Positions 10,799 through 22,346 of a stretch of 64,000 nt of DNA are shown here, one piece after another. The notes under the pieces were generated by a model. That model was not told the origin of the DNA. It worked only from the letters and a program-made list of their open reading frames with translations, and made no database searches. Positions within the stretch are counted from its first letter, which is position 1; each line of letters begins with the position of its first letter. The DNA is from Cyanidioschyzon merolae (taxonomy: Eukaryota). The translations under genes were made by a program, and so were the position numbers. The stretch lies in NCBI GenBank assembly GCA_000091205.1, contig AP006501.2; one strand, given 5' to 3'.

Positions 10799-12623
10799 CG
10801 GGCATGTACGCATGGAGAAACAGTGTGATTCGCTTTCCGCGCGTTTTTGCTCAAGTAGTGCCTTGACTTGTTAGGCCTTGGATACACTGCTCGTTGCAGA
10901 ATACACATACTGTACTAGTCTGGACTTGTCTGACTCGGCTAATAACGGATGTCTGACTTTCAAGTGCGGTCTCGAGAGGCAAGTTGCCGGCGACTCTATT
11001 TGGCACTATCGTTGCAGACTCTGAAGCACCGGTAACGACCTTCTCGTGTACATTTTATCCGCTTTTTTTTTGGCAAAGCCCGCGCTTCACATACCGCCCA
11101 GACCACTGAAAGCTTCGGCCGCTGAACGCTTGTTCAATGCCGTACAGCTGTTCACGGATATCGTGGAAAAGGACACACCGCATCGTCGTCGGATGGACGC
11201 CATGGTAAATTGGTGGTGGTGGTGGCGTGTACATTACCCAGTATCTCGTGCTTTATGATGGCGATGGTGATGGTGATGATGGAAGCTACACTGATCCTTT
11301 TTACATATTGGAGCAAATAACATTTGAGTCTATTTCAGGGGGAAACGTATATTTACGAAAAAGAAGCGGTTTGTCATGCGACGACACTCGCAATAAATGT
11401 CGGTTGTCGCCAGTACAGCGCCTCGAGCCTGGTTCCCGTAAACCATCTGCACTGTAAATCGTATCTGAGACCTGTGTGCATCTTGTCTCATGTGGAGATG
11501 CAAGCGAGTGCCTTGGCGTGTGGAGTGCTAACGCACGAGCCCCAACTGACTCCGCGTGGCACGGTATCCTCTGACGCTACAACCGACGCGGATACATCAT
11601 ACACATCGGATCAATGCAGAGGGCGCATGTGCGATGCCCTTTCGCACTGCACCATCCGGGATGATCCTGCTGCATTCGACTTGTGATGCACGTTGCGCTT
11701 GATCGTAGTGCGACCAATGCAGAATTACCCGCGTCGCATGCGTATATGGTGCGAGAATGCAGGGCGTCATAGGTGCTTCTCGAGGCGCACGCTTTCACTA
11801 GACGATGTGTCATGCAGGGCGACGGGGAATCACACCGCTCTGGAAGAGCGGCTGGATATCCCCCAGCGCTATTTATTGTATCCATTTAAGCGTAGAATAG
11901 TATGGGGTCGTTTCTCGAACACGAACCCAGTAGATGAAGTCTGGGTCTGTTTGAGGTTTGATCAACACCCGCCTTTGTGGACTTTTTATGCGACTGCTTC
12001 CTTTTCCTCTCCCTGACATCCTAACTTGAGTAAACCGGTCACTCCTTTTGCCTCCAGCTCCTTTATCAGCACTCTAAGGATGCTGATGATGGCGTTGATG
12101 TGCCGATTGCGCTGCTTCCGGCAGGTGCCGACTTATTTCATGTATCGGCAGACGTTACGATCTACGCTTGACTTTTCAGTTGCATCTTCGTGGGACAACT
12201 CCTCGGTGTAGCCGTCACTGCGGTGAAATTGCGCTATGGTGAGGTGTTTCCGTCTATCGACAACTAATTCTCCATTTTAGCGCGCACGATGGTGCGTCAA
12301 GACTTTTTCATAGCGCGGCACATGACCTTGATGGGAACAGAGGGCTCCGCTTGATACCCGATTCCTTTTTCGCGCTAGGTGCTATGCCCTACAATCACGG
12401 ACTTTATCGAGGTGATACACACGACAAGTGCTCTGTCCGCTGAACGTGCAGGCGATTCCATGGTATAGAGGATCTGCAGAATGCGATACTGTCCATGTTG
12501 AAGCAGACACCGGACGGAAGGCAGATGCAGGATGGAGAACAAGTTCAGAAACCTTGCATCTGTCTTCGCTTCATATGCGCAAAGCGATCATGCATGCTCC
12601 AACGAGAGCGGTCGCTGTACTGA

Positions 12624-13031
12624 TTAGAGTCCAATTCCAGGATCCGTTTCCACATAGGCGGGAGAGCATGGCGCTGGAAGACCCAAAAAGGAACTACACC
12701 AGCTCCAACGACAAGATCGTACAAGGAGTGTGCACGGCGTTTTGTTACGATACCGATAGATGAGTTTCGAACGTCCTGTACACACCATGAACTGGGGTGC
12801 AAACTTCAGAAAGTCGAGGTGGAAAAGTGCCAGCGGAGCCCTGAGGATATAAAAAAGTATGGACCGCTGATGGAAGAGCAAATGGAAAGGAGAGCGAAAG
12901 TGCGAGGATTGCTTGCGTCATTAAGTACAACCAGTGATGGCAAGAAACGTATGGAGTTTTTGAACCGAGACCTGAACGCCGCTACCAGTATACGGAGATG
13001 TGCGGTGCTGGAGAACAGACCTCCAGAGTAG
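12624..13031 (+). pseudogene. Family-B coding unit, solo copy (no ATG: AAG where the other copy has ATG; premature TAG relative to the other copy)
   Basis: ~80% nt identity to revcomp 49075-49535. In frame 0 most substitutions are synonymous third-position changes (tac/tat, aag/aaa, gag/gaa, tgt/tgc, ttt/ttc, gtt/gtc, acg/aca...). Protein 'TQKGTTPAPTTRSYKECARRFVTIPIDEFRTSCTHHELGC...EFLNRDLNAATSIRRCAVLENRPPE*'. Confidence 0.55.
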
Positions 13032-13236
13032 ACAAGAGAGAACTTTATTGGACAACCTCTCAAAGTCGAACTATATGAGAAAAAGTTGGAAGCAGTAGTA
13101 GGTGGCCGGTCCAAAAAGACAGAGGCGTCTGCACGTTAGTTGGAGATGTTTTGTCTAGCGCGGGTTTCTCGCCACTACTGTACCACTGGCAGCAACGTTT
13201 TTCTTTTGAAAGACGTTTGTTTCCAGGGGCCTCTCT

Positions 13237-13917
13237 ATGGCATCAGCACCGAAGAGGCTGCGGGGCCGTCAGGGGCCGCTGCCAGCGCGCTCACCACAAG
13301 CACTCGACGATCACGCCCGCAAACTGCTGGTCAGCAAGTTAAAAGAGGTTATTCGGACGGATGACTCGGAGCATGCGGTTGCGAGTCCTTCTCCGCGACC
13401 GCCAGCACATGCCGCGAAGGACGCGCTCTCCCTAGACGCACAGACGGAGGCGCTCCAGGCGCGTTGGAAACGGACTCGAAGGCTCGCACGACAGCAGCTT
13501 GGGTACCGCCGCTTGCCTGATCCATCAGAGGACGTTGAGCTGGAACTGAGTTTACTGCGCACTGCTACTCGAGGCACTGTCCAGCTTTTTAACCTGATAC
13601 AAGAGCGAAGAGCCGCTCAGGCCAAAGCATCGGATGTTCGAGCACGCGCAGAACGCTCTCGTCTCCTCGAGGCCCGGTCACGCAGCTTCCAGGCTTCACT
13701 GAGCATCCCGTCGTTGTCGTTGTCGTCGTCGTCGAACCTTGGTCAACCTGATACTTCATACGGCTGGCAGGCCTTCTCCGAGCACTTTTTACTGCCTGAG
13801 ACGACCGACGATAGACGAGACAGCGAAGCGAGTTCTCTTTCGACAACTGCGGCAGCGCAAGAGACGCCTTTTGATGCAGCTTCCGCCTCGGAGGGAGATA
13901 TGTCGGCTTCCGAATGA
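13237..13917 (+). CDS. RRP15-like pre-rRNA processing protein
   Basis: 'TATRGTVQLFNLIQERRAAQ' matches the RRP15 family core (ATRGVVKLFNAV). C-terminal 'SYGWQAFSEHFLLPETTDD' resembles RRP15 'GWAALRDDYLL...'. Charged and coiled in character. Confidence 0.45.
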   Translation: MASAPKRLRGRQGPLPARSPQALDDHARKLLVSKLKEVIRTDDSEHAVASPSPRPPAHAAKDALSLDAQTEALQARWKRTRRLARQQLGYRRLPDPSEDVELELSLLRTATRGTVQLFNLIQERRAAQAKASDVRARAERSRLLEARSRSFQASLSIPSLSLSSSSNLGQPDTSYGWQAFSEHFLLPETTDDRRDSEASSLSTTAAAQETPFDAASASEGDMSASE

Positions 13918-16903
13918 GGTTCGGGTAGCGACCAGAGTCTTTGCAAGGCCTCGGATGCGAGATAGGATTCTGGGACGCACCGCATACCATCGAAAGCTGC
14001 TCTTTGCTCAGAGCGAGGTTTGGAGGCATGTTGCGGCCTCGTGTCTTGTATGTTAGTAGGCGTGTGGGCTTGCATGTGTTTGTATGGGCACATCCGCATG
14101 TACATGTGTGGATGTGCAATGAACACGTACTTTCATGCTCGGACCGTGGACGAGAGCCACAGTAGCAAACGCTTTCACCGAGACGCGCTAAATGGTCCAT
14201 TGATCGCGAGGGTTCTCTATGACCCAAGCAGGCGACTGCGCTAAGGATCACTGGAGGCCACATCTCGGAACATTGCCAAGGTTCGGATTCTTGATGGGAG
14301 CCCGTCGTGGCGTAGCGCCAGAGATCCCCGTGTGCATACATGGAAAGCGATGTTCACCAAACAGCAAACATTCGCTCCTGTGCAGACGTTTCGGCATTCC
14401 CCCGGTTCCGGTTTCGTCAATCGGATGGGACTAGAAACTCGAGCTAGTGAGCAGAACCGCGGACGCCGAGCTCATTGCGGGTTTCGTCCGGGGATCGAAT
14501 GACGTTTCTTTCGCTGGTTAAGCGTCGAATCTAGGGATCGTGGTATCGTCTGCGGGACGATGCAGCTCAGGTTGCACAAACGATGATGCGTTTCAGAGAG
14601 CATAAACGAAAGGACCCGAAGATCAGGGAATGCTTCCGCCCTGTCGTCCGTGGTGCTGCTGGCGCTGCCACTATTCGCGCCGCACTCGGGACAACACGTG
14701 CCGAACACCAGCGATATCATTTCTCTGAACGAGCTTGCTGTGCAGAAGAAACTGCCTCCAGGCCATTTACACCATCGTCTCGTGCTAAATGCCCGTGCTA
14801 GGGCGTTCCTGCAACACCGGATAGCGAAATACCTTTTCGACTCCGGAACAAGCGGCATGCATGACGTTGTCGTGGAGCCTAGCTATTGAACTTTTGACCC
14901 TTTCTGGCATCAGATATGACTTTAGCATGCGCGAGACGTACGGTTACGACGACGGTTCCTCGCTTTGCATGGCGTGGTGATTCTCAAGAGTGCACCTGCA
15001 CAGTCTGGAAGGCCGCGGTTTCCACCAGCGCATGAGAACACCATCCATACGGGGTTGCAGAGGACGCAGCGCAGCACTGGACTGCAACTCTCAAGTCATT
15101 GATCTGGGCAGCTGACGCCACGCTTTGCCTCACGAATATGCTTGTCAATGAAGGCAGGGGCGCACCTGATTTCTAGGTTGAAAGCATCCGCTTCATAGAT
15201 GAAGGATCGTCGATGCTAGTGTGAGGCGCGTGCGCAAACCTCCCGCACCAGCTGCGAGAAGTTCATTACCATCATTATTAGCAACGAATGGAGCGCGAGA
15301 CTTGCGCTCACGAAAGCACCACGACCGCGAAACCTATTGTCAGACGGGTACCTCGCCGGGCCCTAACGCCAACGATGGACAAGAGCGGGCCGTATCGTCA
15401 AGATAGGACCAACCACAAAAATATCAGATTGAAATGGAGGCCTGAACTGATCGCTCTGTTCCTGCCTTGAGATTGTTCGGAAATTGGTTTCAGATGTACA
15501 GCTTCTCTATTGGAGCTGCAGCAGTCAATGCTTTTGGATTCATAGATCGTTTGAGGCGTCAAGGTCGTGTTTTCCTACCGGCTGCATCCCTTGTCTGCCG
15601 CTGGAATTCGTGCCATCGCCAGATTCGAAATATGTGTCACACCCTATATCAAAATTTCGAATAGTAACTGATACAAAGATCTCATTCATTCGTAAAAGCT
15701 TCCACGCTGTAACTTTTTCTCTGCGTGGCATGCTCGAATCACGCGCGCTTCATACTGTCGACATTTCTGTTTCAGCGGAAGTTGTAGACACAGTCATTCG
15801 CGCTGCTGAAATGACGAGGATGCGGGTAACTTGATGACGTCCATTGACGACCTGTTCACTTGCTCATACGGAAAGTTCACTGAACTTGTCACATGAAATC
15901 ATCGATTCCGTTCAAAACACAAATCCATCACGCTTCGTGGTCATCGACGAAACGACACTGGACTCCCAGAGGGTACCTGTCAGGGCATGTGCTCGCAGGG
16001 GCTCCTGTCTCTTGGAGTCGCACGGAAAGAGGTCTTGGAGTCGGAGTTTGGTTATCAAGGTGATTGCCTCCTGTGGAGATGGCATCGCCGTTTTGGATGA
16101 AGAACGCGTAGGATGACTGAACGTTCTCAACGCGATCTCCAGTCTGGATCCTCGTTCCGGTATGTGTTCGATCATGGACAACATCACATTCCACAAATTC
16201 TGCTATTGATCCGATACCTGCAGCGAACAAATCAGGCGTCATCAGATGCACTTTATCTCATACCGCATGGTAGAACCCCACCTACAACGTCATCAGGACC
16301 GTGTGAGGTGAAGCACACTGCGGGCTACCCAGTGGACGAGCGTGCGCTCACGCCTGCAACAGAACTTGTACGCTCCGAGGCTCTCGCCCAGAGGAAGCCA
16401 GCGATCATAGGATACAGCATGCGGAGCGTTTAACGGAACTAGAAATCGACGAGAGCCAGCGATACCCGTCCCTGGCAGCTAACGAGCGATGAAGCAAATG
16501 TGCAAGCGCAAGACCAAGGCGCGCAGAGGAACCGGTACGGTAGACGAACGAGAATACCTGACCATAGCCATGTGTCACCGCTGGCGGAGACGTCCCGAGC
16601 CTCAACACAATCAGTAGGGAACTGACGAGCAACGCACTACATCGCGACGACCCCCCTGTGCATAAAATGCGTAGAAAAGAGCTGGAAGCGTCTATATCAG
16701 CACCTCAGCGCTGCCATCAACATCCATCAACTGCTGAGTACGGCACCAGAGGTAAATGAGAGACCAGCGTATTCAAACCCGGAGATAGGAGAGACGAAAA
16801 ACAAAGCAGTCGCAGAAAAAGCCAACATATGTTGGTGTTGGTAACAGAAAAGACAGACCGAACCGTATCAAGTCTACATCCGAGTCAGAAGACCCGTTCC
16901 ACT

Positions 16904-17287
16904 TTATGCGGAAAGAGGTGCGGCGTCATCCAGAAGTGTGCGCGGAGCTTTCAGCTTCCGTAAAGGCACGTCAGCAAACTCGACAGTTGCATACCAGCGG
17001 CGATAACCGAACCACAGAATGCAAAACATACCCAAGACGACCAGAGCAAGGAGAAACAAACGCTCTTTTGTCGCACAAACTCTCGAGTTTAACCGAACCC
17101 GCGTTCGCTCTGGAGCAGTCGGAAGCCCCGTGGTGTTCAGTCTAGTGCGCCCAGCGGAGCGGAGGCGGCTCCCTACAGACCACCGGTGCGACCGCATCGA
17201 CCAGGGTCGCCAGCGACGCTCCAAAACTGACCACGAGTCGCCTAACACGGGCCCGCGCTGAACCGACGAGGGTACCATACCAGACAC
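16904..17287 (-). CDS. Hypothetical small tail-anchored membrane protein (or 3' extension of the 1510-aa gene)
   Basis: 127-aa ORF with a single hydrophobic helix 'LFLLALVVLGMFCILWFGY' near the C-terminus. Overlaps the 3' end of 17242..21774 in another frame. Confidence 0.2.
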   Translation of the reverse strand: MSGMVPSSVQRGPVLGDSWSVLERRWRPWSMRSHRWSVGSRLRSAGRTRLNTTGLPTAPERTRVRLNSRVCATKERLFLLALVVLGMFCILWFGYRRWYATVEFADVPLRKLKAPRTLLDDAAPLSA

Positions 17288-20200
17288 GCACCGTCCGAAA
17301 ACGTTGCCCAGTGGGATTCAGCACCAGAAAAGACCAGGTGGCCGTTTGGGTAGCGAGAGAGCACCACACCAGCAGTCAACACTTGTGGCTGATAGAAACA
17401 GGGTACGTATCCCTGCGGCCACGGATAGCAGCAGCTGCAGCTGCAGCAAGAGGTGCAGGAGCAGTTGCTGCTGTCCCGAGCGTCAGCACCAGTGCTGAAA
17501 CGAGCTGGAATAGCGGCTTGAGGCGAACGAGCACCGCCTTCGACCTGCTCCCTTGGCGCCGGAGACGTGGTTCGGTGGTCCACCGTCACGAGACCCGAGG
17601 CACCGAAATAGACTCGCACCCGGGAACAACAACCTATCAACTGAACATGGTTGGAAGCGTTCGGTCGCCACAGTTCCACATGTTGACCCGGACGAAACGG
17701 GATCGACATCGGGGTATCCGGATACATACCCGAAAGCAGGAGTGTTCCATCGCCAGCGATCTCCGTTAACACCAGTGGACGGCTCCAGGGATCCAGACGA
17801 AACGTATCAACGCCGGAGAGTGTGCATTGTGCAACGCGTTCGGGTCGCCATTCACTCGCCCAAGTGCTGGACGCATCCCTGCGACTTGTCCATGCCTCCA
17901 GCACAAAGCTGCGCGGACGTTCGATCACGAGCAGCACCGTCCCCGGTACCAGGGAAGTGCCGAGGCGCAGACGCTGCCCAACACGGGGAAGCCGCCCGAT
18001 CGATGAAGTGGTATCCCCGCCGACCGTTTCAAGCGGATAGGCCTGTAGCCACACGTCACCCGCTTCCAAACGTGCCGTCGCGAGATAGACGCTTTCATTC
18101 GTATCCTGCAGCGCAATGAGACGGTCGCCTAAAGCGCGTAGCACCTCGCCGCGCACAGACGCCGGGAACGCCTCAGACGGTGTCACTGGAGGGATACAGA
18201 GGTCCACGAAGGCGTTCGATAGCACTCCTCGCGCGTCGTGAATAACGCGGGGTCTCAGTGAATCGGGTACCAAGGCCACAGGTCGTCCATCCAAAAGCGT
18301 CCATATGGAGTCTGTACATGCATCGTACTCGAGTGCGGTGATGGGTCGCTCCCCCGCCTTGCAGTGCGTTCGTAAACCGTTCAGTGCACACTCGACGAGA
18401 CCCCAGTGCACGATGCCGTCGGTGTCGAGCCACAACAACGACAAGCGCGCGAGATGACGCCCGCTTTGCAGGAGTGCGCTGCTGGTTGCTTCATTACCCT
18501 CTTGATGCTGCCTGCTTCCAGATGAGCCGACATCTGGGGCAGTGCTGCAAGCGCACTCGCTCCAGTGCACGTGATGATGCTCGCTGTTGCTTTCGTAATC
18601 CAGATCGTCGATGCGGTCATCCTGGGTATGCGTACAGAAACGCCAAGCGCACTCGCCTCGTTGCTCAGTGCCATCATCTGTGCTGATTCTGATGTCTATG
18701 TCGTTTCTCCGAATGCAGTCGCAGCACCTGATGCCCGTCGGGGTACGCATCACAGCCTGGCAGTCTACGAGCCGAACTGGGTGCGAATTCGGAAACAGCA
18801 CCGGCCACAGGGTCAGTGCAGATGCCTGGCCACCCAGACTACAGTGTTCGCTCGTGACGCCCAGCCAGAGCTGACCATCTACCAGCAGAAGCAAGAGCGG
18901 CGTCATCGCCTCATTTGGAGGTTCCACTGACCTGGGATCCACCATCGATATCGTTGGTGATACGGAGGCGTCGCCGTCTCCGCCAGGGGTAGTGCAAGCT
19001 GCCGTCGCGGGTGTCGCTGGGCACGGACGCAACTGGATTTCCGTGAACCCAAAAGGAAAACAGCACTCACCGTTCACTACCAACGCACCGTTTCCCAGGC
19101 CAAGCAGTTCAAGTGATAAAGTCGGGTTCAGTGTGCGTCGCAGAGCGCTTCGCACTGGCGCCGCACGGAGCAGAGCTTCGCCGGCGCCCGCTTCCTGACT
19201 CGATGCTTGGCCAGAGAACAAGTCTGCGGTAACTGGCGGTGCGACGGAGAGTTCCGAGAACCCAGCCCATTTGAGCGCAAACACCAACCATCCGTCGTGT
19301 AACCAACGGGAGACTTTCAAAAAACGAAAATCCAAGGTAATTGTCGCCACTGGTGCATCGAGCTCGACACTCAGGTAGGGATACCAGAGGGGAGCGCAGG
19401 ATCCACTGCGCATCCACAGGCAGAGTCGATGTCCCTGACCCAAAACAAAGAGACGTGCATCGTCGGTTGCGAAGGCGTCGTTCGTCAAGTCGCTCTGGTG
19501 GATGCACAGACGCGTCCATCGATTCTTCTGCCACTGCAAGAGCACAAACTGCTTGGTGCACACCTGGATTGCCTCTCCCCAGGAAAGCCACTGATGAAGC
19601 GCCACGGTGCTATCCGTGCTGCAGAAGGCAGCACTCCAGTCTGGCTCGCTACCGGACGAGCCAGCTTCCCATCGGTGATGCAGCACCAGCACGCGGGTCC
19701 ACCGATTTGGCCATTCGCTCGACAAGAGCGCAACCAGTAGCGCTTCGTTTTCGAGGGCAAAGAGGCGCGTTGGTCGCCCTTGTTGCTCCAGCGCTTCGGT
19801 TGAGAGCGCGTGATGCATTACAAACCCGTATTGGAGACGTTCTAGAAAAGCGCCACGCTCAACAGACCAGCGCGCTCGGACGTATGCTGCCGATGCCGCA
19901 GTCAGCGGACTCGGACTCGACGCTGGGTGACGTTCAGCAGCGACGCTTGTAACCACTGCTGCCGTAATCGTTTCGGATGCTTCATCCCATTGCGTCTCTG
20001 CGGCCACAACCGCTGGGTCGTGTGTTAGGGGGTACGTCCGCGGTGTCAGAGCCGACACGCGCCCGTCGGACTCTGTTGCGGCCCGCAGAAGCCGTCCGAA
20101 AGTTGTCCACACGAGTTGCTCATTGATGAATCCGAGCGGCTCCTCCAGCGGACGGAGCTGTTTCAGCCAGCTGGTCGCCAGCAGGTACCAGGAGGCTTCG

Positions 20201-21774
20201 GTCGACGTCGCCGCTGGGAATGAAGCCCATGAAGCGGGATGACCGTCCGATTGAGCGGCTAGTCGCAGCAATCGACCATCCGCATACAGTACGCAAAGTC
20301 GCGTGTTCTCTTGTTGTTGTTTTTGCTGTGGATCTCGATAACGGAGGGAATCCACGCAACCATCGAGCGGCACCAGCGAAAGCTCTTGAGGTGCACCAGC
20401 TTTGCGCTGAAACCAACGGAGCGTCACCAGCGCACTGCTTTCAGCGTCGTTTTCAAGGCGAGTTGGCATCTCGAGTCGACAGTCGCCGAGACTCCAGTAC
20501 AAGCGCCCCGCACAATGCAACACATCGTCCATGGAGAGGTCTGGGCAGTGCCCCTGGTACGGTCGACGCTCGTAGCGAGAGAGCACCAACCAGGGGAGGT
20601 CCTCGGGTAGCCTCAGATCCGCGAAAGTCGACTGCAGCGCTACCCATGTGGGTAACGACCGAAGAAACTGCACCCGCACGTCCAGTGCTCTGCGCAAGTC
20701 GCTCGCTGCTCCTGCTGCAGCTTCTGGTTTCCGCAGCCGCCAACAGAGTATGCCGACAACGCGATCGTAGATCACTAGTCCCGTCTTTAGGCGGCACGAC
20801 TTGCGCTCCTCATGTCGACATCCGGAACAGGGGCATTGCAACACCAGACAAGCACGAGGCAAGGGCCAGTTTAGTTGACTGGCCCACGGCCAAGCCTGGA
20901 CCAATTCCTCATTCTGCTCTAGCGTAGCATCTTCGAAAGCAAAGGGCGCCGATGCGGCTCTACTGCGGAGCGACAGCACTGCAGGCGGCTGTCCAGACAC
21001 TGCGACGAGCACCTGATGAACGTAGACAACACCGCAAGGACCTGGGCGTGGGTCCGCCGCGCGATTGCAGTCGCTCAATTCTGGGCGCGTGGTCGTCGTA
21101 TCCGAATAGGTCACCGTAGACACCACGCTCTCGTCTGAAAGCAGAGGCATGAAAGCCGCCCCAAGTTGCTTGCTCAAGTCAACGGGATTGTGGTCGGCAC
21201 TGCCAGTCTCAGTTGATGTGAGCGTCAGCGTGCGAGCGTGGAGCGTCAGTGGACTGGTCGGTGCGGTCTGCGTCCAGTAGAGTTCCACAGCTTTGAGCGC
21301 ATGTGCTGCGCAAGGTCCGTGATCACCGGCGCACACCAGCACCAGGGCATCATGAGTGCGGCCACGAGCACGAAACGCCCCGCGAATGCACTCGCAACGC
21401 TCAAATCCAAGCGCTTTCTTCACATGAAGCCGCTGCAAAAGTTCCCCATCAGCGACGCGGAACACTGCGAGCTCTCTCGCTCGGTACGCAATCGCAACGG
21501 GTACGCTCGTACTGGACGCCGCAGCTTCCGCTAAACCGGGTTCAGCGGCAATGTTTGAAACGCGAACCAGGTTACCCCGGACAACGCCAAGCCAGCGCTT
21601 TGAGCGTTCCGTCCAGTGCCAGCCGAGCGTATCAGGTGGCATCCTCGACACGCACCTGCAGCATCCGCGGGTGCGCTGCAGGAGGCGCTGTCCACGCACC
21701 TGGGCAGCAGGCTCCCGTGAATGCGCCGGCCGCAGCGACACGAAAATGAACGTTGCGAGGACAAGGCTCCACAC
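17242..21774 (-). CDS. Large orphan protein, 1510 aa
   Basis: Uninterrupted 4.5-kb ORF, many W/L-rich segments, Cys-rich C-terminus 'NCSCTSCCSCSCCYPWPQGYVPCFYQ'. No family recognised by eye. Confidence 0.6.
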   Translation of the reverse strand: MWSLVLATFIFVSLRPAHSREPAAQVRGQRLLQRTRGCCRCVSRMPPDTLGWHWTERSKRWLGVVRGNLVRVSNIAAEPGLAEAAASSTSVPVAIAYRARELAVFRVADGELLQRLHVKKALGFERCECIRGAFRARGRTHDALVLVCAGDHGPCAAHALKAVELYWTQTAPTSPLTLHARTLTLTSTETGSADHNPVDLSKQLGAAFMPLLSDESVVSTVTYSDTTTTRPELSDCNRAADPRPGPCGVVYVHQVLVAVSGQPPAVLSLRSRAASAPFAFEDATLEQNEELVQAWPWASQLNWPLPRACLVLQCPCSGCRHEERKSCRLKTGLVIYDRVVGILCWRLRKPEAAAGAASDLRRALDVRVQFLRSLPTWVALQSTFADLRLPEDLPWLVLSRYERRPYQGHCPDLSMDDVLHCAGRLYWSLGDCRLEMPTRLENDAESSALVTLRWFQRKAGAPQELSLVPLDGCVDSLRYRDPQQKQQQENTRLCVLYADGRLLRLAAQSDGHPASWASFPAATSTEASWYLLATSWLKQLRPLEEPLGFINEQLVWTTFGRLLRAATESDGRVSALTPRTYPLTHDPAVVAAETQWDEASETITAAVVTSVAAERHPASSPSPLTAASAAYVRARWSVERGAFLERLQYGFVMHHALSTEALEQQGRPTRLFALENEALLVALLSSEWPNRWTRVLVLHHRWEAGSSGSEPDWSAAFCSTDSTVALHQWLSWGEAIQVCTKQFVLLQWQKNRWTRLCIHQSDLTNDAFATDDARLFVLGQGHRLCLWMRSGSCAPLWYPYLSVELDAPVATITLDFRFLKVSRWLHDGWLVFALKWAGFSELSVAPPVTADLFSGQASSQEAGAGEALLRAAPVRSALRRTLNPTLSLELLGLGNGALVVNGECCFPFGFTEIQLRPCPATPATAACTTPGGDGDASVSPTISMVDPRSVEPPNEAMTPLLLLLVDGQLWLGVTSEHCSLGGQASALTLWPVLFPNSHPVRLVDCQAVMRTPTGIRCCDCIRRNDIDIRISTDDGTEQRGECAWRFCTHTQDDRIDDLDYESNSEHHHVHWSECACSTAPDVGSSGSRQHQEGNEATSSALLQSGRHLARLSLLWLDTDGIVHWGLVECALNGLRTHCKAGERPITALEYDACTDSIWTLLDGRPVALVPDSLRPRVIHDARGVLSNAFVDLCIPPVTPSEAFPASVRGEVLRALGDRLIALQDTNESVYLATARLEAGDVWLQAYPLETVGGDTTSSIGRLPRVGQRLRLGTSLVPGTVLLVIERPRSFVLEAWTSRRDASSTWASEWRPERVAQCTLSGVDTFRLDPWSRPLVLTEIAGDGTLLLSGMYPDTPMSIPFRPGQHVELWRPNASNHVQLIGCCSRVRVYFGASGLVTVDHRTTSPAPREQVEGGARSPQAAIPARFSTGADARDSSNCSCTSCCSCSCCYPWPQGYVPCFYQPQVLTAGVVLSRYPNGHLVFSGAESHWATFSDGACLVWYPRRFSAGPC

Positions 21775-22133
21775 ACACGCTACAGTGCTACCGCGAATGC
21801 ACTCGGTACTTCGCGCGAAATAGCGGCTTTGGCGTGTGTCGTACCTGCGAGGCAGGTTTCCGCTCTCTGGAAAGCGTCAGGAAGCGCAGGATACCGGGCA
21901 TCGATCTGCCGAGGAAAGCGTGCCAAGCCGTGGCAACTGTGATGTTCATATATAGCTCACGATGTCAATTTTCGTTCCTAAATGGGTTCCTGTCATCGAG
22001 CACTGCTCAATGGCACGACTGGGCTGTCGGCAGCCGCGCTTCCTGCGCGATCAGGTCGAGTCGTGTGAGGCATTATGATCTTGTACAAGTTGTACAGGGA
22101 ACCGTTACATGTGTCTCTATAGTCGGCCCGCTA

Positions 22134-22346
22134 GTCTGCCTGAACTGGTAAACGAGTATCATACCAGTGCACTGCTCCAACCCGGATATTTCTTTTCATC
22201 CAAAGTCTGCCTGAACTGGTAAACTAGTATCATACCAGTGCACTGCTCCAACCCGGATATTTCTTTTCATCCAAAGTCTGCCTGAACTGGTAAACGAGTA
22301 TCATACCAGTGCACTGCTCCAACCCGTATATTTCTTTTCATCCAAA
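22134..22346. repeat. Tandem repeat, 71 bp x3
   Basis: 'gtctgcctgaactggtaaacgagtatcataccagtgcactgctccaacccggatatttcttttcatccaaa' starts at 22134, 22205, 22276. Confidence 0.9.

Noticed and set aside
13589-14341. 250-aa minus-strand ORF
   Set aside because: Antisense to the RRP15-like gene and low-complexity; typical GC-rich antisense artefact.
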